Shown here: positions 1 through 9,350 of the stretch, piece by piece
Position numbering within the stretch: the first letter of the stretch is position 1
How the letters are laid out: each line of letters begins with the position of its first letter
NCBI GenBank assembly: GCA_044222475.1
Contig: JBGANF010000144.1
Location: 1-19,024, forward strand
DNA from: Polyangiaceae bacterium
GTDB taxonomy: Bacteria > Myxococcota_A > Polyangia > Polyangiales > Polyangiaceae
Direction: 5' to 3'
Length of the DNA stretch: 19,024 nucleotides
The notes under the pieces: generated by a model
Told to the model about the DNA's origin: nothing
The model's database searches: none
Seen by the model: only the letters and a program-made list of their open reading frames with translations
Position numbers and translations under genes: made by a program

Positions 1-1653
1 GCGCCCGGCGAGCGCGCACGCGTCGAGTACTCGGTCGAGAACGTGTCCAAGAGCGCGCTCGGCGGCGCAGCGTCCCCGCCGCGGGCCCTGCTCGCGCGCG
101 CTCGCCTCGACGGGACGGCGAAGGCCTCGCTCGCGTCGGAGGCCGAGACGTCGATCGCCGAGCTCGCCGCTGGCGGGACCTTCCACGGCAGCGCTCTCGT
201 CGACGTCCCAGCCGAGAGCACCGAGTACTCGTCGACGGAGGTGACCATCGAGCTCTCGCTCGGTTCGGTCGACGCCCCGACGGCCCCGCGGCCGATCCAG
301 CTCCGCGCCTTCACCATCCGCACGGTGACGCCCTATGCGTCGAAGAAGGTCGACGTCGTCCTCGTGGTCGGCAATCGATCGTCGCGCGAGGAGATCGACG
401 CGTGGCGCGGGCTGGCGTCCGCCCTCGGGTTGAGCGTCGCGGTCTACGACGTCACGATGGAGCAGACCATCGACGAGCCGCGCCTCGCGACCGACGCGGC
501 CGCCGGAGCCATCATGGTCCTCAACGATCTCGTCGACGGCCCCGCCGGCGCGGATCATCTCTCGTCGCGCCTCACGCCGGGCGGGCTCGCGGCGATCGGC
601 GCCGAAAAGGCGCGCCTCACGATCGCCGGCCACCAGCCGGATCTCTCGCCGCTCCTCTTCCCTGCGGCGGCCGCCGCGGACGACACGGCGCGCGCGCTCG
701 CCCTGCCGGGGATCGAGGCCGCAGTCTCGGCGACCTCGTGGTCCATCCTCCCGTGGAGCAAGCCCAAGAAGAAGGCCCTCGAGGAACGAGGGAAGCGCCT
801 GCAGGCGCTCCTCGATCGCACGCGGCCTCACGAGCGATGGAGCGTGCGCTGGACCTTCGCGCCCGAGGTTCAGAAGACGGTGCTCCTGTGGAAACGGTAC
901 CAACTCGGGACGCTTCGGATCGCGCGTGGTGCGGACGTCGCTACCCTGTTGGGACTACCGTTGACCACCGCGGTTCTTCACGACCCGTCCGCCATCGCGA
1001 GCCGCACCGGGCTCTTCGCGCTCGCGTCGGCGCTCCCCGACGCGCTCCTCGTTGCGCGCTACCTCGCGAGCGACGACGACGCGGCCCCGGTCCTCCGAAA
1101 GGCGCTCCTCGCCCGCGTGGTGGCGCAGCTCTCCGCCGCGGTGAGCGCGTCGCAGCCGAGCGCCGACGCGCTGCCGACGATGCTCACGGTCGTCGAGCGC
1201 GCGTCATCGATCCGTGACGTCGAGCGTGGCGTGGCGCGGCTCGTCGACCTCCTCGCCGACGTTCGAAGCTGGGCGACGTCCCTCGTGCGGCTCTGGGAGT
1301 GGGTGCCGCCGTTGCCGTGGCTCCGCACGAGGCCTCGGCTTCGACGGCTCGTCTTGAGGCTCGTTGCCGACGCCTCGGAGCGTGCGGGGGCGTCCGCGGA
1401 GGCGATCGGCTCGCGCTCGAAGGAGAGGACCAGCGGCGGCGCTTCCTTCGAGGAGCGCGAGGCGATGCTCCTCGCAGACCTCCCGGTGGAGCTCGTCGAG
1501 GACCGCAGCGTCGAAGGTCGTCTGCTAGGGGCCAGAGAAGCCAAGGCCCGGGAAGCCCACTGGCAGAGTCGCGAGGCGGCTCTCGCGGCGGAAGCGGCGA
1601 GCGCGAAGGAGAGGCGGGCGGCGCTCTCGCAGCCGACTTCGGCTGCCGGCTAA
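1..1653 (+). CDS. Hypothetical protein, 5'-truncated by the window (beta-rich segment followed by an alpha/beta region and a helical tail)
   Basis: Frame 1 is open from base 1 (APGERARVEYSVENVSKS...) to TAA at 1651-1653, with GC-rich third positions. The GTG at 43 is therefore probably internal. Confidence 0.75.
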   Translation, partial: APGERARVEYSVENVSKSALGGAASPPRALLARARLDGTAKASLASEAETSIAELAAGGTFHGSALVDVPAESTEYSSTEVTIELSLGSVDAPTAPRPIQLRAFTIRTVTPYASKKVDVVLVVGNRSSREEIDAWRGLASALGLSVAVYDVTMEQTIDEPRLATDAAAGAIMVLNDLVDGPAGADHLSSRLTPGGLAAIGAEKARLTIAGHQPDLSPLLFPAAAAADDTARALALPGIEAAVSATSWSILPWSKPKKKALEERGKRLQALLDRTRPHERWSVRWTFAPEVQKTVLLWKRYQLGTLRIARGADVATLLGLPLTTAVLHDPSAIASRTGLFALASALPDALLVARYLASDDDAAPVLRKALLARVVAQLSAAVSASQPSADALPTMLTVVERASSIRDVERGVARLVDLLADVRSWATSLVRLWEWVPPLPWLRTRPRLRRLVLRLVADASERAGASAEAIGSRSKERTSGGASFEEREAMLLADLPVELVEDRSVEGRLLGAREAKAREAHWQSREAALAAEAASAKERRAALSQPTSAAG

Positions 1654-1765
1654 CAATCTTGACGAAGGGGAGGGCAAGGTGGGCAGTTATCCTACCATGT
1701 GTGGATCTGTGGTGATCCATTCGCGACGAGTTTCGCGAGCCTACGGCTCATGGAGTTCGCACACT

Positions 1766-1813
1766 TAGGAGCAGATGTAGGTCAGATGTAGGATGGCATC
1801 CTTCATGCTTAGG
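1766..1813 (+). promoter_or_regulatory. Candidate transcription-factor binding region upstream of the lipoprotein gene
   Basis: CAGATGTAGG at 1772-1781 and 1783-1792 (11-bp period); palindrome AGGATG-G-CATCCT at 1790-1802; TAGG at 1766, 1778, 1789 and 1810. Confidence 0.4.
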
Positions 1814-1823
1814 CGGGGGCACC

Positions 1824-3443
1824 ATGATGAACCTCCGGTCCCTCTTCGCTCCGATGCTCCTCGCAGGCCTGGCCATGACCAGCGCCGTTGGTTGCTCCGC
1901 CGCCGATACGGGCGAGGACGATACGTCGGAGGAGGCGCTCACCAGCCTCACCGCGCGCGCCCGCACGCTGAAGTTCACCGGCTACGTCTACGTCGACGCG
2001 AACGCGTCGGACCAGATGATCCTCCAGACGGTTCGCCGCCAGACGCAGTCGGCGTTCGGTGCGCTCCGCACGTCGGACATCGGCGTCAACAGCCGCGAGC
2101 TCAAGGACGTCGACCCGAGCACCTTCGTGAAGACCAAGGTCACGATCGTCGACCCGGCGAACCCGACGGTGAAGACCACGATGCTCCGCGTCGTGTACAC
2201 GTACACCGACGCAGCGCTCGTGCCGGTCACGATGGCGCGCCTCTCGACGCTCAAGATGGGCGTTCTCAACGGCTACTACCAGTCGCAGACGGACCGCATC
2301 CTCAAGGAGTGCACCGACGGCGGCAAGGAAGCGCACGAGTTCGTCTCGAGCATCTGGTACGTCTTCGAGCCGAGCCAGGCGAGCTGCAAGACCGCGATGA
2401 GCGCCGAGCAGCAGAAGATCGACGCCGACAAGCGCAAGATCCCGACCGGCACGCTCCCGAAGTCCGAGGTCGATCGCCTCTACATCCCGCTCACCGCGGC
2501 CCTCACCGCCGCGAAGACGAACGGCGCGAAGTCGTACCCCGAGTACGACCGCCTCTACGCCGGCGGCGTGCAGAAGGACAAGCTCGTGATCGGCATGGTC
2601 AACGGCATGATGGCCGACTGGGCCGCCGGCGAGACCCACGACGACATCGACGACTCGGGCTACGACATGTGGTTCGAGGGCATCCGCGAGATCAAGAACG
2701 CGCGTCCGAACCTCAAGTACACGAAGATCGAGCCGGCCGAGGACCTCACCTCGTACCTCGTCAACGGCAAGACGGTGAAGCTCCCGGGCGGCTTCGAAGA
2801 CGCGCTCAAGATCGAGCTCGACGGCACGGGCTACCCCGCCGGTCTGACCAACTACACCGACCGCCACGCGCTCCAGGTCGCCATCGGCAAGAAGCTCGTT
2901 CGTCACTGGGTCACCTTCCAGGCGCCCGTCAGCGTCAAGATCGGCAGCGGCGCGGAGCACACCGTCACCATCGAAGTGAACACCTACTTCGGCGCGGAGA
3001 CGGACTCGACCCCGCACAAGCGCGCGATCAAGAACAGCGACGTCTTCGTCTACAACGGCCACTCGTACATCGGGTACGGCCCGCTGGATCCGAGCCGCTT
3101 CACCAGCTCGGACTTCCCGTCGAGCTACCAGATCATGTTCGTCAACGGCTGCGTCTCGTACAACTACTACGAGAAGGACTACAAGCCGCTCAAGGTCGGC
3201 GGCACGGCGAACCTCGACCTCGTGTCGAACGGTCTCGAGAGCTGGGTCAACGGCTCGGGCCCGGCGATGGGTCGCTTCGTCGGTGCGCTCATCGACGGCA
3301 AGCTCAACAGCTACAAGGCCATCCTCGCCGAAGCGCAGTTCACCGGCTACGGCTACGAGTGGGGCCAGGACGCCCTCCGCGTGGTCGACGGCGAGCTCGA
3401 CAACAAGTGGAAGCCGAGCGTCACGCCGATCACCGTGAAGTGA
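1824..3443 (+). CDS. Secreted lipoprotein (539 aa) with a putative clan CD-like (caspase/gingipain fold) C-terminal domain
   Basis: Signal peptide with lipobox SAVG-C and an acidic linker (DTGEDDTSEEALT); very strong codon bias; motifs DVFVYNGHS and YQIMFVNGCVSY. Confidence 0.85.
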   Translation: MMNLRSLFAPMLLAGLAMTSAVGCSAADTGEDDTSEEALTSLTARARTLKFTGYVYVDANASDQMILQTVRRQTQSAFGALRTSDIGVNSRELKDVDPSTFVKTKVTIVDPANPTVKTTMLRVVYTYTDAALVPVTMARLSTLKMGVLNGYYQSQTDRILKECTDGGKEAHEFVSSIWYVFEPSQASCKTAMSAEQQKIDADKRKIPTGTLPKSEVDRLYIPLTAALTAAKTNGAKSYPEYDRLYAGGVQKDKLVIGMVNGMMADWAAGETHDDIDDSGYDMWFEGIREIKNARPNLKYTKIEPAEDLTSYLVNGKTVKLPGGFEDALKIELDGTGYPAGLTNYTDRHALQVAIGKKLVRHWVTFQAPVSVKIGSGAEHTVTIEVNTYFGAETDSTPHKRAIKNSDVFVYNGHSYIGYGPLDPSRFTSSDFPSSYQIMFVNGCVSYNYYEKDYKPLKVGGTANLDLVSNGLESWVNGSGPAMGRFVGALIDGKLNSYKAILAEAQFTGYGYEWGQDALRVVDGELDNKWKPSVTPITVK

Positions 3444-3462
3444 TCCGACTCTGAGCCCGAGC

Positions 3463-3498
3463 ACGAAGCCCTCGCTGCCCACGCAGCGGGGGCTTCGT
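3463..3498. terminator. Intrinsic terminator-like hairpin between convergent genes
   Basis: ACGAAGCCCTCGCTGC-CCAC-GCAGCGGGGGCTTCGT: 16-bp stem with one G-U on the + strand, followed by CGTTT. It lies between stop codons at 3443 and 3506. Confidence 0.8.
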
Positions 3499-3505
3499 CG
3501 TTTCG

Positions 3506-4297
3506 TCACTCGGCGCGGAGCACCACGTTGTCGACGTAGTAGTCGATCTGGCCCATCTGACCGTTCGTGTTGTGGCCGAGCGGCACCCGGCGATCGGCGG
3601 TCATGTTGGTGCCGTCGGCGCCGGTCACGACCACGGACTTGCCTTCGACGGTGCAGGTGGCGTCGAACGTGGTGGACGACGTGCGCTGCGCGACCAAAGT
3701 CACATGGATCCACGTCTTGAGCGGCAGCGCGACGTTGGCGTCGACCGTCTTGTTGAAACCGATGCACGACCACGTCGTCGAGCTCACGCTCAACGCGACG
3801 GGGACGGGGCCGGCCGAGAGGTTCATACCGATCGGCACGAAGGTCCCGCTCGACTTGAACGCCGCGGTATCCACGAGGAGATCGGCCTCCAGCGTCGACT
3901 TCGCGACCGCCGCACCCACGTTCACCGTTTTCAGGAGCTTCGACCACGCCGCCGCTGCGTCCGAGTCGCCCGACGTCCCGTGAAGCGAGAGCGGTGCGGA
4001 CTTCGTGGGAGACCCCGCAGTGACCGGCGGCGGAAGAGTGTTCGACGGATCGGCAGCCCAACCGCGGCCCGAGAGGGCACCGTGATCGAAGTCCTCGCAC
4101 AGCGCGACGGTGCCCACGCCATCGCAGAATGCAGTGCTGCCATCGCCCGCGTCGGGCGTGACGACGACGTCGGCGCCGGCGTCGGGCGGCGGCGAGGTCG
4201 GAGTATCGCCCACGCAGGCGACGAGGGCCACCGAGGCGCAGGCGAGAACGAGGGTTCGTCGATCGCGGGTGAGCATCGGAACGATACGGTACGCCAC
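3506..4297 (-). CDS. Lipoprotein with a probable concanavalin A/LamG-like beta-sandwich (alternative start ATG 4276)
   Basis: Lipobox ALVA-C; Pro/DAG linker; LCEDFD at domain start, WIHVTL and terminal YYVDNVVL typical of ConA-like domains. Confidence 0.75.
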   Translation of the reverse strand: MAYRIVPMLTRDRRTLVLACASVALVACVGDTPTSPPPDAGADVVVTPDAGDGSTAFCDGVGTVALCEDFDHGALSGRGWAADPSNTLPPPVTAGSPTKSAPLSLHGTSGDSDAAAAWSKLLKTVNVGAAVAKSTLEADLLVDTAAFKSSGTFVPIGMNLSAGPVPVALSVSSTTWSCIGFNKTVDANVALPLKTWIHVTLVAQRTSSTTFDATCTVEGKSVVVTGADGTNMTADRRVPLGHNTNGQMGQIDYYVDNVVLRAE

Positions 4298-4310
4298 CAG
4301 GGCGTTCGTG

Positions 4311-6053
4311 TCAGTTCCCGAAGGTCGTGTCGATGTCGCGGTGGGGCTTCTTCTTCACCGATCCGGTCGGATCCGGGGCCGTCGCGGTGGCAGTAGCGGT
4401 CGGTTTGACGGGGGCCACGACGGCCGGGCTGCCTTGGGCCCGCTTCGCCAGCGTGATGTTCACGGCCACGTCGTCCTGGTTGAAGACGACGACCTCGTTC
4501 TTGGTCGTGTACCCGTTCGCTTCGGCCTTCACGCGATGCGAGAGACCGTCCTTGGGGAACGCACCCTTGAACGGGTTTCCGTCGAGCGGGGCGTCGTCGA
4601 TGAAGATCTTCGCGTCGGCGGGGGTCGCACCGAACGTGACGTTGGTGCGCGCGACGCCGGGCGCAGCCGTGCCGAGGGGGGTCGGGGCGCTCGCGGTTGC
4701 GGTGCCGGTGGCGGCGACGATCTCGGGCTCGGTCGGGGCGGCCGGGTGGCTCTTCGCGTAGAAGACCCCCGCGATGACGGCGGCGAGGCCGATCGCCGAG
4801 ACGGCCATCAAGCCCGCGACGATCTTCGGCGTGTGCGAAGGCGACGAGGCCGGCTTCGCGAGCTGCTTCATCGACGTCGACGTTCCACCGGTCGTGAACG
4901 ACGGCGGTGCCGATGCGTCGAGCTGGGCCGTCGAGACGCGGGGCATGGACGGGTGGCTGGATGGGTCGGCGGGGCTGCTGCCCGAGCCGTCGCGCGAGGA
5001 GTGGACGAGCGTCGTGAGGTCGGCCTTGGGGACGTCGGCCCGTTCCATCGCCTGGGAGGTGCGGAGCAGGCGGAGCTGACCATCGATGATCTCGCGCATC
5101 TCGCGGCGGTCGTCTTCGAAGGCGTCGCTCACCAGCTTGCCAATGTCTTTGGCGGTGGTCCGGTCACCGAGGCCGGCGAGGAACTGCTCGAGCTCCTGCG
5201 CCATCTCGGCCGCGGTGCGGTAGCGGTAGTCGGGCTCGATCGCCATCGCGATGCGGCAGATGCGATCGAGATCCTCCGGCACCCGCGGGTCCACGTCGCG
5301 AGGCGACGGGATCTGCCCGGTGAAGAGGTTGTGCATGATCGCGATCTCGTTCATGCCCTTCCACAGCCGGCGATTGGTCGCCGCTTCCCACAGCATGACG
5401 CCGACGGCGAAGATGTCGGCGCGGCGGTCGACGCGCTTGGCGGCGGCCTGCTCCGGCGGCATGTACGCGACCTTGCCTTTGAGCTCGCCGGTGCGGGTCT
5501 CGAGCGCGGAGTCGATCGCCTTCGCGATGCCGAAATCGACGACCTTCACCTGGCCGTCGTACGTGACGAACACGTTGTGAGGGGTCGCGTCGCGGTGGAC
5601 GACGCCGAGCGGGTTGTTGTCGATGTCGACCAGCTCGTGCGCGTAGTGGAGGCCGTTCAGCGTCTCGATCAGGATGCGAATGTGCGGCCCGAGAGGAAAC
5701 GGCCGATCCTTGCCGATGCGCTGGCGCATCCGCTGGAGGCTCTGCCCCTCCAGGTATTCCATCGCGAGGAAGTACCGCTTGCCCTCGTTGCCCACCTCGA
5801 CCGTCTGGACGACGTTCGGGTGGTTCAGCCGCGCGGCGAGGCGCGCCTCTTCCAGGAACATCGCGAGGAACTGCTCGTCGTCCGACAGGGCCGGGCGGAG
5901 CTGCTTGATGACCATGAGCTTGTTGAAGCCCGCTGGCCCGCGCGCCACGCCGAGAAACACGTCACCCATGCCACCATGCGCGAGCTCCGCGATGAGGCGA
6001 TAGCGTCCGACGTCGACGACTCCGCTGTCCAAGGCTCTTTCAGAATACCCCAC
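4311..6053 (-). CDS. Membrane-anchored Hanks-type Ser/Thr protein kinase with an extracytoplasmic PEGA-like domain
   Basis: LAHGGMGDVF, VIKQL, HRDATPHN, DFGIAK, YMPPEQ, DIFAVG; TM helix IVAGLMAVSAIGLAAVIAGVFYA; TPADAKIFIDD. Start set at GTG 6053 because the track start (6140) overlaps the divergent gene; TTG 6032 is also possible. Confidence 0.93.
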   Translation of the reverse strand: MGYSERALDSGVVDVGRYRLIAELAHGGMGDVFLGVARGPAGFNKLMVIKQLRPALSDDEQFLAMFLEEARLAARLNHPNVVQTVEVGNEGKRYFLAMEYLEGQSLQRMRQRIGKDRPFPLGPHIRILIETLNGLHYAHELVDIDNNPLGVVHRDATPHNVFVTYDGQVKVVDFGIAKAIDSALETRTGELKGKVAYMPPEQAAAKRVDRRADIFAVGVMLWEAATNRRLWKGMNEIAIMHNLFTGQIPSPRDVDPRVPEDLDRICRIAMAIEPDYRYRTAAEMAQELEQFLAGLGDRTTAKDIGKLVSDAFEDDRREMREIIDGQLRLLRTSQAMERADVPKADLTTLVHSSRDGSGSSPADPSSHPSMPRVSTAQLDASAPPSFTTGGTSTSMKQLAKPASSPSHTPKIVAGLMAVSAIGLAAVIAGVFYAKSHPAAPTEPEIVAATGTATASAPTPLGTAAPGVARTNVTFGATPADAKIFIDDAPLDGNPFKGAFPKDGLSHRVKAEANGYTTKNEVVVFNQDDVAVNITLAKRAQGSPAVVAPVKPTATATATAPDPTGSVKKKPHRDIDTTFGN

Positions 6054-6111
6054 GGGCCTCGTTTCCGCCCTAACCAAATGCGCAGGCTTCGGTTCTGCTA
6101 CCCTCCGCCGG

Positions 6112-7503
6112 GTGACGGCAGCGGCTGGAACCATCCCCATGGACGCGGTCCCCGGGGACGTGAAGTACCTCTGCGATCAGCTCGCAGCGAAGGGCAAACG
6201 CGGCTGGATCGTCGGCGGGTGCGTGCGCGACATGCTCCTCGGCAAAGCCGTCGCCGACTGGGACGTCGCCACCGACGCCCTCCCCGACGAGGTCGTCCGC
6301 ATCTTCCCCAAGGTGATCCCGACCGGCATCCAGCACGGGACCGTCACCGTTCTCCTGCACGGGCGCCACTACGAGGTCACGACCCTGCGCGGGGAAGGCG
6401 CCTACACCGACGGCCGGCGTCCGGACTCGGTCGACTTCGTCCACGACATCGATCGCGATCTCGCCCGCCGCGACTTCACCGTGAACGCGATCGCCCTCGA
6501 CCCGCGGACCGGCGCGGTCATCGATCCGTGGGGAGGCCAGAAGGATCTCGAGGCGCGGGTGATTCGTGCCGTCGGCGTGGCCGTCGATCGCTTTCGAGAG
6601 GATGGCCTCCGCGTCCTGCGCGCCGCGCGGTTCGTGGCCACGCTGGAGATGACCCTCGAGCCCGAGACCGAGGCGGCGATCGGCTCCGCGCTCGACACCT
6701 TCCGCAAGGTCTCGCACGAGCGCGTGCGCGACGAGTGGGTCAAGGCGATGAAGGCGAAGCGTCCGTCGCGCGCGTTCGACGTGATGCGGCGCACGGGGAT
6801 CCTCGGCGTGTCGTGCCCGGAGCTCATCGAGGGCGTCGACTGCGAGCAGAACAAGTGGCACGCCTACGACGTCTGGCGGCACGCGATGGAGTGCCTCGAT
6901 GCGTGTTCCGGCGACGCGATCCTCCGCATCGCCGCGCTCCTCCACGACGTGGGCAAACCGCGGAGCCGCAAGTTCAGCGACAAGACGAACGACTGGACGT
7001 TCTACGATCACGAGCGCATCGGTGCCGAGATGGCCGATCCGATCTGCCAGCGGCTCCGGTTCTCCAACGACGAGCGGGCGCGGATCGTGTCGCTCGTACG
7101 CAACCACCTGTTCCACTACACCGCCGAGTGGAACGACGCGACCGTGCGCCGCTGGCTCAAGCGCGTCGGCCTCGATCGGGTCGAGGACCTGTACCAGCTC
7201 AACGAAGCCGACGTCCGCGCCAAGGGTCGCGACTTCGACGGCGACCTCGCCTCGCTCGAGATGTTGAAGGCGCACGTGAAGCGCGTCCTCGAAGCCGGCG
7301 CGGCGCTGTCGACGAAGGACCTCCGGGTGGATGGGCACGACTTGATGCGCGACCTCGGGCTCAAGCCGGGGCGGGCTCTCGGCGAGATCCTCGCCGCTTT
7401 GCTCGACGAGGTCGTGGCCGAGCCAGCCAAGAACGAGCGCGAGGTTCTGCTCGCGCGCGCCCGCGAAATTGCGGCCGAACGTGGGCTGTCCGGCCCCACG
7501 TGA
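6112..7503 (+). CDS. cca: Class II tRNA nucleotidyltransferase (CCA- or A-adding) with HD domain
   Basis: VGGCVRD..DWDVAT (motif A), RRDFTVNA (motif B), EDGLRVLRAARF (EDxxR), LLHDVGK and FYDHE (HD domain). The flexible loop RGEGAYTDGRRP is intact, and the poly(A) polymerase GRRF signature is absent. Start may be ATG 6139. Confidence 0.9.
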   Translation: MTAAAGTIPMDAVPGDVKYLCDQLAAKGKRGWIVGGCVRDMLLGKAVADWDVATDALPDEVVRIFPKVIPTGIQHGTVTVLLHGRHYEVTTLRGEGAYTDGRRPDSVDFVHDIDRDLARRDFTVNAIALDPRTGAVIDPWGGQKDLEARVIRAVGVAVDRFREDGLRVLRAARFVATLEMTLEPETEAAIGSALDTFRKVSHERVRDEWVKAMKAKRPSRAFDVMRRTGILGVSCPELIEGVDCEQNKWHAYDVWRHAMECLDACSGDAILRIAALLHDVGKPRSRKFSDKTNDWTFYDHERIGAEMADPICQRLRFSNDERARIVSLVRNHLFHYTAEWNDATVRRWLKRVGLDRVEDLYQLNEADVRAKGRDFDGDLASLEMLKAHVKRVLEAGAALSTKDLRVDGHDLMRDLGLKPGRALGEILAALLDEVVAEPAKNEREVLLARAREIAAERGLSGPT

Positions 7504-7523
7504 GGTGTGGTAGCGTCGCCCAC

Positions 7524-8957
7524 GTGCGATTGACCAGCGTCGCTGTGGGATGGGCCGTCTCGGTGGGCATGGTGACGATGCTCGCGGCCACCCCGGCGTG
7601 GGCGCAGGCCAAACCCGACGCGCCCGACGCGATCATGGTGGGCGACTTCCAGCTGCGGCCGACGTTCGCGGTGCGCACCCGGGCGGAGTACCGCCACGCT
7701 CCGACGGACCTCGGCGGGCTCAGCCCGTCGGCACCCACGACCGTCATCGACGACGCGTGGGGCGTCATGGAGCGCGCGCGACTCGGCCTCGGCGTCGAGC
7801 GCGGCCCGCTCCGCGGTCAGATCACCCTTCAAGACGCGCGCGTCTGGGGGCAGACGCCGCCGACCGGCATCGCGAGCTCGCCGTCGGCGTTCGCGAGCAC
7901 CGGCGCGTACGAGACTTGGCTCGAGATGCGGACGGCCAACGCGACGCCGTCGTTCCTTCGCATCGGGCGGCAGACCCTCGAGTGGAACCGCTTCGTCGGC
8001 ACCGCCGATGCGTCGCCGGTGGGTCGCACCTTCGACGCCGTGCGTGGACACGTCGCGCACAAGACGCTCGAGTTCGAGCTCGTGGCGGCGTTCGTCGACA
8101 TGCCGCACCCGGTCGGTGTCGGCTTCGGCGACGTGAGCGGACCGTACCGCGGCGGCTCGCAGCTCTTCGCCGCCCAAGCGAAGTGGACCCCGGATCCGCT
8201 GCTCTCGATCGAGATCGACGGCTTCGCGCGCCCGGCGATGGGGCTCGCTCAACCTGCGTCGTCGCGCTTCGCGCAGTCGCGGGCGTTCGGTGATCTCTAC
8301 TCCGTCGACCTTCGGGTCGCCGGGGAAGGCAAGGGCTGGAAGTACGAGGTCCTCGGCGCAGTCCAGTTCGGGACGATCGATTTCACCTCGAACTTCTCGA
8401 AGGATCGCCTCGCGTACGCGGTGTACGGCGACGTGCAGAAGACCTTCGACGGCATCGTGTGGTCGCCGACGCTCCGGCTAGGTGGCGCGTACGCGAGCGG
8501 CGGCGAGGACGACACCGGCTACCACCAGTTCGATCCGCTCTACCCCGACGTGCATGGGCCGCACGGGCTGATGAACTCGTTCGCGTGGTCCAACATCATC
8601 GAGGGCCACGCCAACCTCTCGGCGAAGCCGGCCACCGACGTCGTCATGTCGCTCGAGTACCGGTACGCGCGCCTCGCCGATGCCGGCGGCGACTGGCTCG
8701 ACGGCTACCTCATCTCCTCCGGTCGGGCCGTGAGCTTGAGCAACGAAGAGCTCGGCCACGAGATCGACTTCAACCTGAACTGGAAGCCCTGGCCGGCGCT
8801 CGATCTCTCTGGCGGGTACTCGCTGCTCGTCCTCGGGCGCGGCGCGAAGGAGATCGGGCTGGCACAAGGGCGCGTCACGCGCGAGGCGGACGGCAGCATC
8901 ACGATCTCGCCGCTCGCACACTTCGCCTACCTACAGGCGACCCTGAAGATCCCCTGA
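7524..8957 (+). CDS. Alginate export family outer-membrane beta-barrel protein (477 aa)
   Basis: GTG start gives signal peptide MRLTSVAVGWAVSVGMVTMLAATPAWA-Q; RARLGL, QDARVWG, LRIGRQ, RTFDAVR, ASG..D..FDPLYP, LGHEID and terminal YLQATLKIP. Only this part of the 1615-aa track ORF looks coding. Confidence 0.85.
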   Translation: MRLTSVAVGWAVSVGMVTMLAATPAWAQAKPDAPDAIMVGDFQLRPTFAVRTRAEYRHAPTDLGGLSPSAPTTVIDDAWGVMERARLGLGVERGPLRGQITLQDARVWGQTPPTGIASSPSAFASTGAYETWLEMRTANATPSFLRIGRQTLEWNRFVGTADASPVGRTFDAVRGHVAHKTLEFELVAAFVDMPHPVGVGFGDVSGPYRGGSQLFAAQAKWTPDPLLSIEIDGFARPAMGLAQPASSRFAQSRAFGDLYSVDLRVAGEGKGWKYEVLGAVQFGTIDFTSNFSKDRLAYAVYGDVQKTFDGIVWSPTLRLGGAYASGGEDDTGYHQFDPLYPDVHGPHGLMNSFAWSNIIEGHANLSAKPATDVVMSLEYRYARLADAGGDWLDGYLISSGRAVSLSNEELGHEIDFNLNWKPWPALDLSGGYSLLVLGRGAKEIGLAQGRVTREADGSITISPLAHFAYLQATLKIP

Positions 8958-8968
8958 TCGCCCCCCTG

Positions 8969-9342
<374 letters not shown>

Positions 9343-9350
9343 GCTCGGGG

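Noticed and set aside
1745..1802. Fluoride riboswitch-like start (ATGGAGTTCGC...GCAGATG)
   Set aside because: The 3' pseudoknot partner (GACTCCTAC-like) and P1 pairing are missing, and the downstream gene is not fluoride-related.
1809..4100. 763-aa minus-strand ORF and 553-aa + ORF 1793-3454
   Set aside because: Shadow frames of strongly biased genes in high-GC DNA; no motifs.
4110..7523. N-terminal ~1140 aa of the 1615-aa + strand ORF (giant fusion protein)
   Set aside because: It is the antisense shadow of the kinase plus an off-frame overlap of the nucleotidyltransferase; Arg-rich nonsense. Only 7524-8957 has a signal peptide and family motifs.
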